NCBI GenBank assembly: GCA_041739995.1
Contig: JBGSMV010000020.1
Location: 1 to 50,685, forward strand
Direction of reading: 5' to 3'
Length of the DNA: 50,685 bases
DNA from: Bdellovibrionota bacterium
GTDB taxonomy: Bacteria > Bdellovibrionota_C > UBA2361 > JBGSMV01
This document shows positions 1-8,735 of the stretch, piece after piece. The notes under the pieces were generated by a model, which worked only from the letters and a program-made list of their open reading frames with translations, was not told where the DNA came from and did no database searches. A program made the position numbers and the translations under genes. Every line of letters starts with the position of its first letter. Position 1 is the first letter of the stretch.

Positions 1-1
1 G

Positions 2-223
2 ATAGACCCCTTCTATAGACCCCAGAGGTCAGGCAAGCGCATGTGCTGCCTGAGTGAAGACAGAGCTCAGAGGGTAGAGTTCATAAACTTTTTAAAGGAT
101 CTCTACGCACGAGCCAGTGAGGTGCTCCAGCGTTGGAGGCAGGGAGACTTCTCGGTTCCCTTTCCCCCAGGGCTTTATCCTCCGTCGTTTCCTAAGCTCG
201 TCGAGCCACTACTGGCTCGGTAG
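2..223 (+). CDS. C-terminal fragment of a protein running in from the left edge; possibly a RAYT/Y1-like (HUH) transposase
   Basis: The frame is open from base 2 (IDPFYRPQRSGKRMCC...). The tail RWRQGDFSVPFPPGLYPP resembles C-termini I recall from deltaproteobacterial REP-associated/Y1 transposase-like proteins. Catalytic HUH/Tyr motifs would lie outside the window. Confidence 0.4.
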   Translation: MDPFYRPQRSGKRMCCLSEDRAQRVEFINFLKDLYARASEVLQRWRQGDFSVPFPPGLYPPSFPKLVEPLLAR

Positions 224-236
224 CGAACCTCCACCA

Positions 237-821
237 TCACACCACACTCGATTCCCCGGTCGAGACGCACGGCGTGTGCCTGCAGTTCGGTGCAGCTGCG
301 CTGATGACGCTGCGCGTTTGGGTCTTTATGCTCTGAGGGCTGGTGCTTCCTTTAGTTCGCTTGATGTCCCTTCGGGGCGTCTGGGGTGTAGCCCCGGTAC
401 AGAGGAGCTTCCGGAAGCCGAGCCTGAAGTGCCCGGCAGGGAAGTCTGGGAACCGAGCAAACTCTTCGTAGTCTAATCGCTTGTAGAACTCAGCGGCCTG
501 CCAGCTCTGAGTCCAAAGCCAAATTCCAGTGAGATGCTGAGACGAAGCATAGTCTTCGACCTGACTCATTAACTGAAGACCTAAGCCTTGACCCCGCTGC
601 GTCTTATCGACCCAGAGCTCATCGAGGTAGATCCAATCCCAAAGCAGATCGGCGGTTGCCGCTCCGATTAAATTTTGTTCGCTGTCGTATGCTAACCAAT
701 TGAGGCGCGTTTTTTTAAATGGTGGCGCTGAGTGCTCAGAGGAGTGCTGCTCAAATCCTCCTGATATTACTTCTTGTTCTTCCGCCGTCAGATCTTCGGC
801 TTTAAACTTAATTTCACTCAT
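237..821 (-). CDS. GNAT family N-acetyltransferase with an unusual ~55 aa C-terminal extension
   Basis: WIYLDELWVDKTQRGQGLGLQLM (acetyl-CoA motif A) and WLWTQSWQAAEFYKRLDY. ATG at 821 is preferred over the upstream TTG, which lies in a repeat. Confidence 0.85.
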   Translation of the reverse strand: MSEIKFKAEDLTAEEQEVISGGFEQHSSEHSAPPFKKTRLNWLAYDSEQNLIGAATADLLWDWIYLDELWVDKTQRGQGLGLQLMSQVEDYASSQHLTGIWLWTQSWQAAEFYKRLDYEEFARFPDFPAGHFRLGFRKLLCTGATPQTPRRDIKRTKGSTSPQSIKTQTRSVISAAAPNCRHTPCVSTGESSVV

Positions 822-850
822 GAAGTGTCTCCAAGGCGTAGTGTGACTAA

Positions 851-989
851 CTAAGCTACCTCTCAATAACCCGTGTTTCTATCTTCGTGCGCTTTGTGGT
901 CTTGGTGTTTTAATCAAATTTAGGCCAAATTCTAGAGTTTGTTTGCACCGCCAAGACCACTAAGATTTAGTTTTTCAGCGGTTCCCTAA
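851..989. mobile_element. MITE-like element, family A copy 1 (IS5-like ends, CTAA target duplication)
   Basis: Near-identical to 23572-23702. CTAA at 851-854 and 986-989 flanks imperfect terminal inverted repeats (gctacctctcaataac / gtttttcagcggttcc). Confidence 0.75.
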
Positions 990-1043
990 GAAGCAGGAAA
1001 GCTTCGCGGCGCTACAGACATTTGCAAGAAATTGCTGACGCAG

Positions 1044-1086
1044 AAAGGCGCCTGCACAATGCGGGTGCATTGGTGCAGGCGCCTTT
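1044..1086. terminator. Strong hairpin, probable terminator downstream of the DeaD-like gene
   Basis: aaaggcgcctgcac...gtgcaggcgccttt inverted repeat about 60 nt after the stop codon; the U-tract is short. Confidence 0.6.
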
Positions 1087-1118
1087 GTAGCTAGCTAGAT
1101 TGTAGCTAGCTAGATTGT
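1085..1118. repeat. 15-bp tandem duplication
   Basis: ttgtagctagctaga x2 plus ttgt. Confidence 0.9.
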
Positions 1119-1143
1119 GGGGGAACCCAAATGCCAACAAAGG

Positions 1144-2784
1144 CTATCTGTACGAATCCTCTAGCGTTTGAGGGGAATCGGAGGATTCCTCACCTTCCGC
1201 TTCTGAGGTCCCATGTTCGCCTGTATCACCAGAACCGTGGGCTTGTTCGCCTTCTCCCTGGTCATCAGCGAAGCCTTCTTCAGGAGGAAGCTCTATCGTG
1301 GTTGTAAGGGTTACTGCTTTAGTAATGAAAAGTTTCTTTCCACCGACTTCTTTTTCCTTCAAGGCCTCGAGCACTTTGGCGCTTTGCTCTTCAGGAAGAT
1401 CTGCGAATGAATAGTTCTCTCTAAGAGAAAACTTCTTAAGCAGGTCTGGGGTTACACCCTCTTGCTGGATGAGATCAACGAACTGCTCCTGAGTGAATCC
1501 GTCACGTGCCCCAAGGCCGATATAAATTCGGTCGTCCTTGATGCGAGTGATGTTTCTTGGAGGACGAGAGTCTTCACGATCACGGCGATCGTCTCTTCTG
1601 TCGTTGCGTCGATCGTCTCTTCGGCTGTCATCTCGTCGACTGTCGCCTCTTCTGTCATCACGTCGATCGTCACGACGTGGGCCACTGTCCCCTCGTCCAC
1701 CACCGCCGCGTGCTGATCGATCGCCGTCATTGAAGTTGCTGCGGTTGTCATCCGAGCCACCCGAACGGTTGTAGCCGCCTTCATTTGAATCAAAGTTCCG
1801 ATCGTCAAAGCGCTGGTTACTCCCGCGCGAGTCGCGTGATTGACCACCGCCGCGTCCGCCGTCAAAGTTGCCACCGCCTTCGCGTGGACCACGTCCGCGT
1901 CCGCCGCGACCATCGTCACGACCACCGCGTTGTCCTTGTCCCCCGCCGCGTCGGTCATCGTCTCCGCCCTGCCAGCGTTGGCCGGGCTGGAACGCGCCTG
2001 GTTGTACCCCATCATCCATAGAGAAAGCGTCTCGCTCGGAGATCGCTTTCTCAAGGTCAGACGAGAGTTGGGGAACCAGCTCAACGGCACTCTGAAGCAG
2101 GAACGCAACCATCGCTTCGCGTTGTTCGTGTTCCAAAACTTGTTGCGCCATTGCTCGGTAGTTCTCGTCCGAAGCAATCTGAGAAGTGGCTGCCTTTTGT
2201 CCAATATGGCGTACTCGCGCCGCAAGAATTTCTTGCTTGCTTGGTGGATCAAGCTTGGTGAACTCAACGTTTGCCGCTTTCTTTAGAAAGTGGAAATTGG
2301 CGATATCAAGGGGTCCTACCAGCGAAACGATTCGCTTTGCGGGGAATCTGGCAGGTGGTGCTTCAGCACCAGCCGTTGTTTCGTTGTTGTTTCCTTGGGA
2401 TACGCCGGCACGTTGTAGATATATCTCGCCGTCGTTTTGAATCGAGTAGTTCACTACGATGTCAAATTCGGCCAGGTTAATATTGCGAGCCGCAATGTCG
2501 GTTACTACGACAGTTGAAATCTCCTTGGCGTGCAAACGCTCTAGCGTGCGTTCGAGCTTTTGGGGTGGAACGTAGCCGATCAACTTGGTGGCAGGAATGC
2601 CACGCTTCTTAAGTAGCACCTCAAGCAGATCTGTGTCTGACGGGGTATTGCAGAAGATGATTGCAGTGGGGAACCCAAGCTGCTCTAGAAAGTCGCTCAA
2701 GCTACTGGGCTTGGAGAGTAAATCTCCCCCAACTTCAACGTAGCAATGTTCAGTTTCATGGTTTTCTTGCGTCGTATTCGACAT
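1144..2784 (-). CDS. DeaD/CsdA-like protein lacking the N-terminal DEAD domain: degenerate helicase C domain, RGG/RD-rich region, DbpA-type RNA-binding domain, acidic tail
   Basis: AIIFCNT (motif IV), TDIAARNIN (degenerate motif V), YLQRAGVSQG (degenerate motif VI), RIYIGLGARDGFT...ENYSFADLP (DbpA-like RBD). AAGGGA RBS lies before ATG 2784. Confidence 0.75.
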   Translation of the reverse strand: MSNTTQENHETEHCYVEVGGDLLSKPSSLSDFLEQLGFPTAIIFCNTPSDTDLLEVLLKKRGIPATKLIGYVPPQKLERTLERLHAKEISTVVVTDIAARNINLAEFDIVVNYSIQNDGEIYLQRAGVSQGNNNETTAGAEAPPARFPAKRIVSLVGPLDIANFHFLKKAANVEFTKLDPPSKQEILAARVRHIGQKAATSQIASDENYRAMAQQVLEHEQREAMVAFLLQSAVELVPQLSSDLEKAISERDAFSMDDGVQPGAFQPGQRWQGGDDDRRGGGQGQRGGRDDGRGGRGRGPREGGGNFDGGRGGGQSRDSRGSNQRFDDRNFDSNEGGYNRSGGSDDNRSNFNDGDRSARGGGGRGDSGPRRDDRRDDRRGDSRRDDSRRDDRRNDRRDDRRDREDSRPPRNITRIKDDRIYIGLGARDGFTQEQFVDLIQQEGVTPDLLKKFSLRENYSFADLPEEQSAKVLEALKEKEVGGKKLFITKAVTLTTTIELPPEEGFADDQGEGEQAHGSGDTGEHGTSEAEGEESSDSPQTLEDSYR

Positions 2785-3095
2785 GTTCTATTTCCCTTTA
2801 ACGAGGGGAGATTATTTCTCCCCGAAAAATATAATGAATATACTAAGCTTCTCAGAGAACGACCGTTAAGGAAGTTGTAAGAGAGGCGGGTATCAATTGT
2901 TTCGGTTCCAATCCTTGCGCTCTCGTCGCGATCCCGGCACGCTTCCCCCTCATCGAGGTCGGATCGTGTACGTGAAAGTTTTAGAAGAACGAAATGTGAA
3001 CTTCTGGTTCTCTGGCGGTGCCTTTCGGAACGCCGGCTCCCTGATTAGGACTCATGGAGCACGAGACTCATGACTAGATACTTTGTGGCTCGATA

Positions 3096-4730
3096 ATGGT
3101 TTGTTTCCTACATCTACTTAAAGGCCTAAAGGCGCGTTGCTTTAACTGTTCGCCAATTCATGCCACGGCCGTTACTGACCAGGCACACGAAAAAACTGCT
3201 CTTTTCACCACCGTTTCCAGCGGTTCTTCGCGCAAGCCCCGTGCTTTACTGGCCTGCCTATCGGCTTTCGCCGTCACATTCATGACACTGTCTGCTTGCA
3301 CGCCCTTCCAGAATTATTCTGGCCAGAGTTCAGAAGAGCAGAGTTCAGGTGGACAGACTTCTGCATCGCAAAATTCCCTCGCACTCGATACCGAGCCCCT
3401 CGATACCGAGCGTGGTGCTCCTGGACGCGGCGCTCCTGAACGCGGTGCTCCTGAACGCGGTGCTCCTGAACGAAGCTTACTTATCGATAAGTCGAATAGT
3501 GCCAACAACGTTCCTGGATATGGAGTTCCTGAATACGGGGAACCGCGAAAATCCGCCGACGCTGGCTCTTCTGAGGATATGCGCTTGGAATTGCAAAGAC
3601 AAGCAGCCAAGGCGCCGGGGCATGGTTCAGGCTCAGCTCACCCTGGCGATTTTGCTCTATATATTCAGAAAGTTACCTCCACAACGAGTTCGAGACCGCT
3701 CAAACGCTCGATTCTTTCCGTTGTACGCGTGGGGAGTGGTCCCCGCTTGGTTGTTGCTCTAGCGGGCGGCGAGGTTGGTCTCGTCACCGAGTCACAGAAA
3801 GAATACCTCCCACTGGCAGCTTTCCAGATGGATGTAGAGAAGGTGGTGCTGGACGGGGAGCGGGGCTTGGCGGCAGGGTGGCGGGGAAGTTCAATTGAGA
3901 TTGTCGATCTCATTGAGGGCGCTACTTTGGGAACTCTCGAGAACCTAGGTACCCGGGCTACCTCAGTGCAGTTTCAGTCGGGAAACGATGCGCTTTTCCT
4001 GGGTGGGGCGGACGGAAGAGTATATAGGTGGAAGTACACCGAGTCGGGGAAACGCTCAGCAATCGAGCGTTATATAGGCCCTGCCTCTATCGTCAGCAGC
4101 GTAGCCGCGCACCCGGGAGGCAGAGTGTTCTTCTCGGGCGACTGGGCCGGAGGCTTGAATGCTTGGCTTCCGTACGATCAAGATGCGTTTAAGGGAGTCT
4201 ATGATCGCAATGCGTTCTTGAGTGGTTTGTTCTCAGAGAAAGTTACCAGGCAAAATGCAGGGCGGAGCGACGCTACGGGCATTACCCAGCTACTCCCGAC
4301 TTCTGATGGACAGGGGCTGGTGGTGGTGCTGCAAGACGGACGCCTTGAGTGGTGGATGCTTAGAGGGCTCATGAAGATCGGCGAGGTTCAGGCCCATAAG
4401 GGCTTAATTTATGACGCGAGCTTAAGCGCGGACGGTAAACTAATCGCTACGGTTGGCCGTGATGGCTTTGCGCGAGCATTCTTGATGGAATTTGATGATG
4501 GGATGCCCCCTGCTGTTGCTTTTACAGAGCGTTGGCATGCAGAAATGGAAGGAAAGGGGACGCACGGGAATGGGCATGTGGTTGTAGCTGCTCCAGAGGA
4601 AGTTGCGATCGCAAACTCCGGCAAGAGTCGCCTGTTGTCGTACCGCTTTGAATCAGAGACAGTGCAGCCCGAAAATGAAAAAACTCCTCTTGGCGCAAGC
4701 GAGAGTAGTGAGGTTAATGAGGAAGTATGA
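3096..4730 (+). CDS. Putative lipoprotein with WD40 beta-propeller repeats (true start probably downstream of 3096)
   Basis: Hydrophobic stretch ending LSAC, then a low-complexity linker. WD40-like units LFLGGADGRVYRW, FFSGDWAGGLNAW and AHKGLIYDASLSADGKLIATVGRDG. Confidence 0.75.
   Translation: MVCFLHLLKGLKARCFNCSPIHATAVTDQAHEKTALFTTVSSGSSRKPRALLACLSAFAVTFMTLSACTPFQNYSGQSSEEQSSGGQTSASQNSLALDTEPLDTERGAPGRGAPERGAPERGAPERSLLIDKSNSANNVPGYGVPEYGEPRKSADAGSSEDMRLELQRQAAKAPGHGSGSAHPGDFALYIQKVTSTTSSRPLKRSILSVVRVGSGPRLVVALAGGEVGLVTESQKEYLPLAAFQMDVEKVVLDGERGLAAGWRGSSIEIVDLIEGATLGTLENLGTRATSVQFQSGNDALFLGGADGRVYRWKYTESGKRSAIERYIGPASIVSSVAAHPGGRVFFSGDWAGGLNAWLPYDQDAFKGVYDRNAFLSGLFSEKVTRQNAGRSDATGITQLLPTSDGQGLVVVLQDGRLEWWMLRGLMKIGEVQAHKGLIYDASLSADGKLIATVGRDGFARAFLMEFDDGMPPAVAFTERWHAEMEGKGTHGNGHVVVAAPEEVAIANSGKSRLLSYRFESETVQPENEKTPLGASESSEVNEEV
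3384..3473 (+). repeat. In-frame 15-bp tandem repeats (LDTEP/LDTER, then RGAP[G/E] x4)
   Basis: ctcgataccgag x2 with 15-nt period; cgcggtgctcctgaa-type unit x4 at 3411-3470. Confidence 0.9.
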
Positions 4731-5377
4731 GTGTAGCGCGACATGAAGAGGTGGTTAGGTCCTTGCAGTGGAGATATGCGACCAAAGGCTTCGATCCGAT
4801 TAAGAAAATCTCCGAATCAGACTGGGCAGCTTTGGAGCAGTCACTGGTTCTTGCACCGTCATCGTTTGGCTTGCAGCCTTGGAAATTCGTCGTGGTGCAA
4901 GATCTGGCGCTTAGAAAGGAGATTCGAGCGGCTGCGTGGGACCAATCCCAGGTGGAAGACGCCTCGCATCTCGTGGTTCTCTGCGCGAAAGAGCAAGTGG
5001 TGAGGGCTGATGTCGAGGCATTCATTGCACGAACGGCAGCGGTTCGTGGTGTAACACCCGAGTCTCTCTTGGGCTACCGAGATATGATCCTGGGATTTAT
5101 TGCTTCACCTCCACCAGGTTTTGAGCTCTCCCAGTGGGCTGTGCGACAAGTGTACATCGCGCTTGGGTTCTTCCTCTCTACCGCAGCTTACTTAGGACTT
5201 GATGCGTGTCCTATGGAGGGCTTCTCTCCTCAGCGAGTGACCGAGATTCTTGGCCTTGAGAAAGAAGGGTTCCAAGCGGTGGTGATGGCTGCGGCTGGAT
5301 ATCGTTCATCGGAAGATGCGTATGCCACTGCTGCTAAGGTACGATTTTCATGCGAGCAGGTGATGGTTGTTCGATAA
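4727..5377 (+). CDS. NAD(P)H nitroreductase (NfsB-like)
   Basis: WRYATKGFD, LAPSSFGLQPWKF, LGLDACPMEGF, KVRF; ATGA overlap with the upstream gene. Confidence 0.92.
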   Translation: MSVARHEEVVRSLQWRYATKGFDPIKKISESDWAALEQSLVLAPSSFGLQPWKFVVVQDLALRKEIRAAAWDQSQVEDASHLVVLCAKEQVVRADVEAFIARTAAVRGVTPESLLGYRDMILGFIASPPPGFELSQWAVRQVYIALGFFLSTAAYLGLDACPMEGFSPQRVTEILGLEKEGFQAVVMAAAGYRSSEDAYATAAKVRFSCEQVMVVR

Positions 5378-5423
5378 AGTTGTGCTTTATTTGAGTGGTC
5401 TCTTCGACCAGAGAGTTTGTAGT

Positions 5424-5448
5424 TTGAGTTGAGTTGAGTTGAGTTGAG
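5424..5448 (+). repeat. (TTGAG)5 simple sequence repeat directly upstream of lspA
   Basis: ttgagttgagttgagttgagttgag followed by gtgag. Confidence 0.9.
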
Positions 5449-6042
5449 GTGAGCTGCGTGCCTGATACCCGAAGGATTCTTGTATTGGTTGCTGGCATCG
5501 CACTGACCGTGGCCGTTCTCGATCAGATCAGCAAATACTTCATGCTTTCGTTGCTGCAACCGGGGGAGGTCTTAGTTGTTATCCCCGGATTTTTTAACCT
5601 GACGCTTCATTTTAATCCTGGTGTAGCTTTTGGGCTGTTTTCAGGACTCGAGGCCGGGATTCGCTCAGCCGTGCTTATTGCCACTACTTCGGTGGCGGTT
5701 TCTTTCGTGCTCTTTTTCCTATTTACCGAGTACCGCAGTGACCGGATTGGACAGTCTGCGCTCGCGCTTATTTTGGGAGGCGCGGTAGGAAACGTAATCG
5801 ATCGTCTAACGGTTGGCGAGGTCGTGGATTTCTTAGATGTGTATCTGGGAGACGCACATTGGCCGACCTTCAATGTTGCTGATAGCGCGATTTGTATAGG
5901 GGTGGGCATTCTATTGCTGCATGGTGTTCTTTCTCGACCTGGAAAAACAGCAGAGCCGCAGGCGTTGGTACCTGGTGACATACCACAGACGCCACAGGCC
6001 ATAGCGCAAGAGGACATCGGAACGCCGGATGCTACTCCGTAA
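5449..6042 (+). CDS. lspA: Lipoprotein signal peptidase II
   Basis: LDQISK, NPGVAFG, GGAVGNVIDRL, VVDFLD, WPTFNVADSAI. Confidence 0.95.
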   Translation: MSCVPDTRRILVLVAGIALTVAVLDQISKYFMLSLLQPGEVLVVIPGFFNLTLHFNPGVAFGLFSGLEAGIRSAVLIATTSVAVSFVLFFLFTEYRSDRIGQSALALILGGAVGNVIDRLTVGEVVDFLDVYLGDAHWPTFNVADSAICIGVGILLLHGVLSRPGKTAEPQALVPGDIPQTPQAIAQEDIGTPDATP

Positions 6043-6265
6043 AAATCTTTAAGAAGGCCCCATTCGGTGCCCTATTGGATTCGAAAAGCTGTTTTGCGAT
6101 GGGCGGCTCTGTACTAGCATGGCGCCCAGAAAGGGCTCTACGCCGAACCGTGGAAGTTCGTTTTATGCCGCCTCACTGGAAACAGGGTGTCGCACGGCTG
6201 AAATTTGAGCTTTTTTTAAGGGCTGCCAGTTCGGAAGTTTTTCCCAGGGTAATTCGCGAACATAT

Positions 6266-6601
6266 ATGCAAACTAGCTACCTCCCAAACCCTCGTTTTTT
6301 AAAAGCTCGTTGCTGGGCTCTTCGACTTGGACTTGTCGCTCTCGTTACGAGTGCTTGCGGGTGTTCGAGTGCTTCGAGCGATGCTTCTCCTGATCCCGAG
6401 GAACAACAAGTGATTTTTGAGACCTCGGCTGGTGAGATTGTATTGGACCACGAAGTTAAGGTGAATACGGACGAGAAGCTTGCCGCGGAAAATCGCCGCA
6501 AAAAGGTGCAGCGGGAGCGGGCGCGTGAGGTCAGAGAAATAGAAGACGCAGAGCGGCAGATTTTACACGATCAATTACTGCAGGAATACAAACCTAATTA
6601 A
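6266..6601 (+). CDS. Hypothetical lipoprotein with a charged coiled-coil C-terminus
   Basis: Hydrophobic stretch LGLVALVTSACGC (lipobox-like) followed by a charged helical tail. Confidence 0.55.
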   Translation: MQTSYLPNPRFLKARCWALRLGLVALVTSACGCSSASSDASPDPEEQQVIFETSAGEIVLDHEVKVNTDEKLAAENRRKKVQRERAREVREIEDAERQILHDQLLQEYKPN

Positions 6602-6706
6602 CCGGCCTAATTAACCGGCCTGATTAAGTGACCTGATTGAGTGGTATGCGATTAGGAGGACGAGCTGTGGATACAAGAGCTGTGAGTATAAGAACTGTGG
6701 AAACAA
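6593..6706. repeat. 13-bp (x4, decaying) and 15-bp (x3) tandem repeats at a gene junction
   Basis: cctaattaaccgg x2, cctgattaagtga, cctgattgagtgg; gagctgtggatacaa / gagctgtgagtataa / gaactgtggaaacaa. Confidence 0.8.
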
Positions 6707-6711
6707 GAAGC

Positions 6712-7707
6712 ATGATACGTGGAATTTTAGTTTGTTGGTGTGTATTGAGCTTAGGCGCATGCGCTTGGGTTCAGGAGCAAACCGGTGCGGGTGAAACCAC
6801 GACCGTGTCAGCTGCAACTGGCGGCGCGATCGGAGCTGGGTTAGGGGCGATCGTGGGAAGTCAAACCGGAGACGCGGGAGCAGGTTTGGTGATTGGCGGA
6901 TTGGCAGGAACCGCGGCAGGCGCTGCGATCGGCAATGTTCTTGAAGGCCAAGAAGAAGCCATTCAGACCCAGGAAGAGGCGATTGAGCGACAAGAGCGCG
7001 TGATTCGCGCTCAGAGCGAAGAACTACAGGAGCTTCGTCGAGGCCGAACAGATCTTGCAGGTGCCGATGTCAGGGGCGATAGAAGTTCTGGATATGAGAT
7101 ATCCCGAGTCCCGCAAGCTCGCTTTAGTGATAGCGGGGGAGTCTCTCAGTCGGGAATGGTGACCCAGCGAGATTTCGGTTCGCAGCGCGATATCTCTCAG
7201 CGCGACGCAGGAATGGCGGGTCGAGATGTGATGCCACGCGCCGGGTCGCCAGATGCGAGAGCTGCATATGTACCGCAGCCACTTACTGGCAGAGATGTTG
7301 GTGCTCCTGATTCTGCAACGAATGCTCGCCTTAAGATGGCCGAAGAAAGCCTAACGGAACCTTCACCACGGCAGGCAGAGTTCCCCTCAGCTCAAGCAAT
7401 CAACAGTGATTCAGTCAGCGACTGCGTGCAGGCCGAAGGTGAGTTTCGAACAGCGCTGCGATCAGAAGAAGCGCCTGAGCAGCTTTTCCACTTACGGCGA
7501 GCGCTTCGTTTGTGTCCTGAGCGCGCCGAGTTTCATAATGCGCTTGGTGAAGTTTACGTAAAACTTAGTCGGGACAGTGATGCAACCTTCGAGTTCGGCG
7601 AGGCGCTTCGCATTGAGCCATCGAATACGACCGCGCGTGCCAATCTGCAGGAACTTCAGGCCAAGTCGACTGGAGCCGTTGATCAGCTCGCAGCGCAGCG
7701 CTATTGA
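6712..7707 (+). CDS. Glycine-zipper lipoprotein with coiled coil and C-terminal TPR
   Basis: LGAC lipobox; GGAIGAGLGAIVGSQTG glycine zipper; TPR-like LRRALRLCPERAEFHNALGEVYVKL. ATG 6712 chosen because upstream codons are tandem-repeat DNA. Confidence 0.8.
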   Translation: MIRGILVCWCVLSLGACAWVQEQTGAGETTTVSAATGGAIGAGLGAIVGSQTGDAGAGLVIGGLAGTAAGAAIGNVLEGQEEAIQTQEEAIERQERVIRAQSEELQELRRGRTDLAGADVRGDRSSGYEISRVPQARFSDSGGVSQSGMVTQRDFGSQRDISQRDAGMAGRDVMPRAGSPDARAAYVPQPLTGRDVGAPDSATNARLKMAEESLTEPSPRQAEFPSAQAINSDSVSDCVQAEGEFRTALRSEEAPEQLFHLRRALRLCPERAEFHNALGEVYVKLSRDSDATFEFGEALRIEPSNTTARANLQELQAKSTGAVDQLAAQRY

Positions 7708-7897
7708 TTCCTTCGTGCGAGGATAGGGTGCAGAGAAAAGGTCCTGTGCGGCCGGCCGATTTTTTTAGCTCCGACTGGTGCCCTAAGCCAAGCCGTGAGA
7801 TCGCTTAGCTGGGCGGCGTCTTACCTGAGCAGGGTTTAACGATGAAGCGTTGTGCGTGCGCCCCAGGGTCTGGTTCGCAAAGGAACAAAAGGTGCAT

Positions 7898-8629
7898 ATG
7901 AGACAGTTAATGGCTGAACATTCGGAAAAAAATGTAGCGCGGAAGGCTGTGCTTACTGCATGTGTCATTTCAATTTTCTTGCTGGGCTGTGAGGCAGAGC
8001 GCTTAGGCGCTCGAGAGACTGGCGCCTTGACCGGAGGAGCTTTAGGCGCGGGACTTGGTGCCATTGTGGGAAATCAGTTTGGAAGCCCGGGAGCGGGGAT
8101 TGCAATTGGAGCTGGATTCGGAGCGCTTACGGGTGGATTGATAGGCAATGAAGTCCAAGGCCAAGAAGCAGTGTTGAGCGAACGCGACGAACGGTTGCGT
8201 GCACAAGAAGCGCAGCTTGAGGAGAATCGTCGCTTGATTGCGGCTCTGCGAGGCAAAGGGGCCGATGTGCGATCTACCGATCGTGGCGTAGTCGTCAATC
8301 TTCCTGACGTCCTGTTTGAATTTAATAGTGCCCGACTAACCCGTGATTCGATTCGCACCATTCGTGAAATTGGTGAGATTGCAGGAACGGTAGGGGACCG
8401 TCGCATCTCGGTGGAGGGTCATACTGATTCGATTGGTTCTATCGCCTACAATAAAAGACTTTCTATCGATCGGGCCAGTTCTGTCGCTGATCAACTCGTG
8501 TCCGACGGAGTCTCGTCTAGAAATCTGATGGTCAAAGGTCTTGGCGAATCGACGCCCGTGGCTTCAAACGAATCCGCGGCAGGCAGAGCAAGAAATCGTC
8601 GAGTGGAAGTGATCATCGAAAATCGCTAG
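7898..8629 (+). CDS. OmpA-family peptidoglycan-binding lipoprotein with glycine zipper
   Basis: LLGC lipobox, glycine zipper, DVLFEFNSARL, VEGHTDSIG, NRRVEVII; start uncertain (7898 or 7910). Confidence 0.9.
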   Translation: MRQLMAEHSEKNVARKAVLTACVISIFLLGCEAERLGARETGALTGGALGAGLGAIVGNQFGSPGAGIAIGAGFGALTGGLIGNEVQGQEAVLSERDERLRAQEAQLEENRRLIAALRGKGADVRSTDRGVVVNLPDVLFEFNSARLTRDSIRTIREIGEIAGTVGDRRISVEGHTDSIGSIAYNKRLSIDRASSVADQLVSDGVSSRNLMVKGLGESTPVASNESAAGRARNRRVEVIIENR

Positions 8630-8735
8630 GATTTATTCCCTAGCCAGATAGTTGCTCAGGCTGAATCTCAAGCTCCGTAACACTACGCATGTGCATGGTG
8701 AGTGACAGCACCGCAGAGAATTTTCGCAACCGACC

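Noticed and set aside
1452..2286. Long alternative-frame and antisense ORFs over the RGG/RD region
   Set aside because: These are shadow ORFs caused by low-complexity GC-rich codons of the DeaD-like gene.
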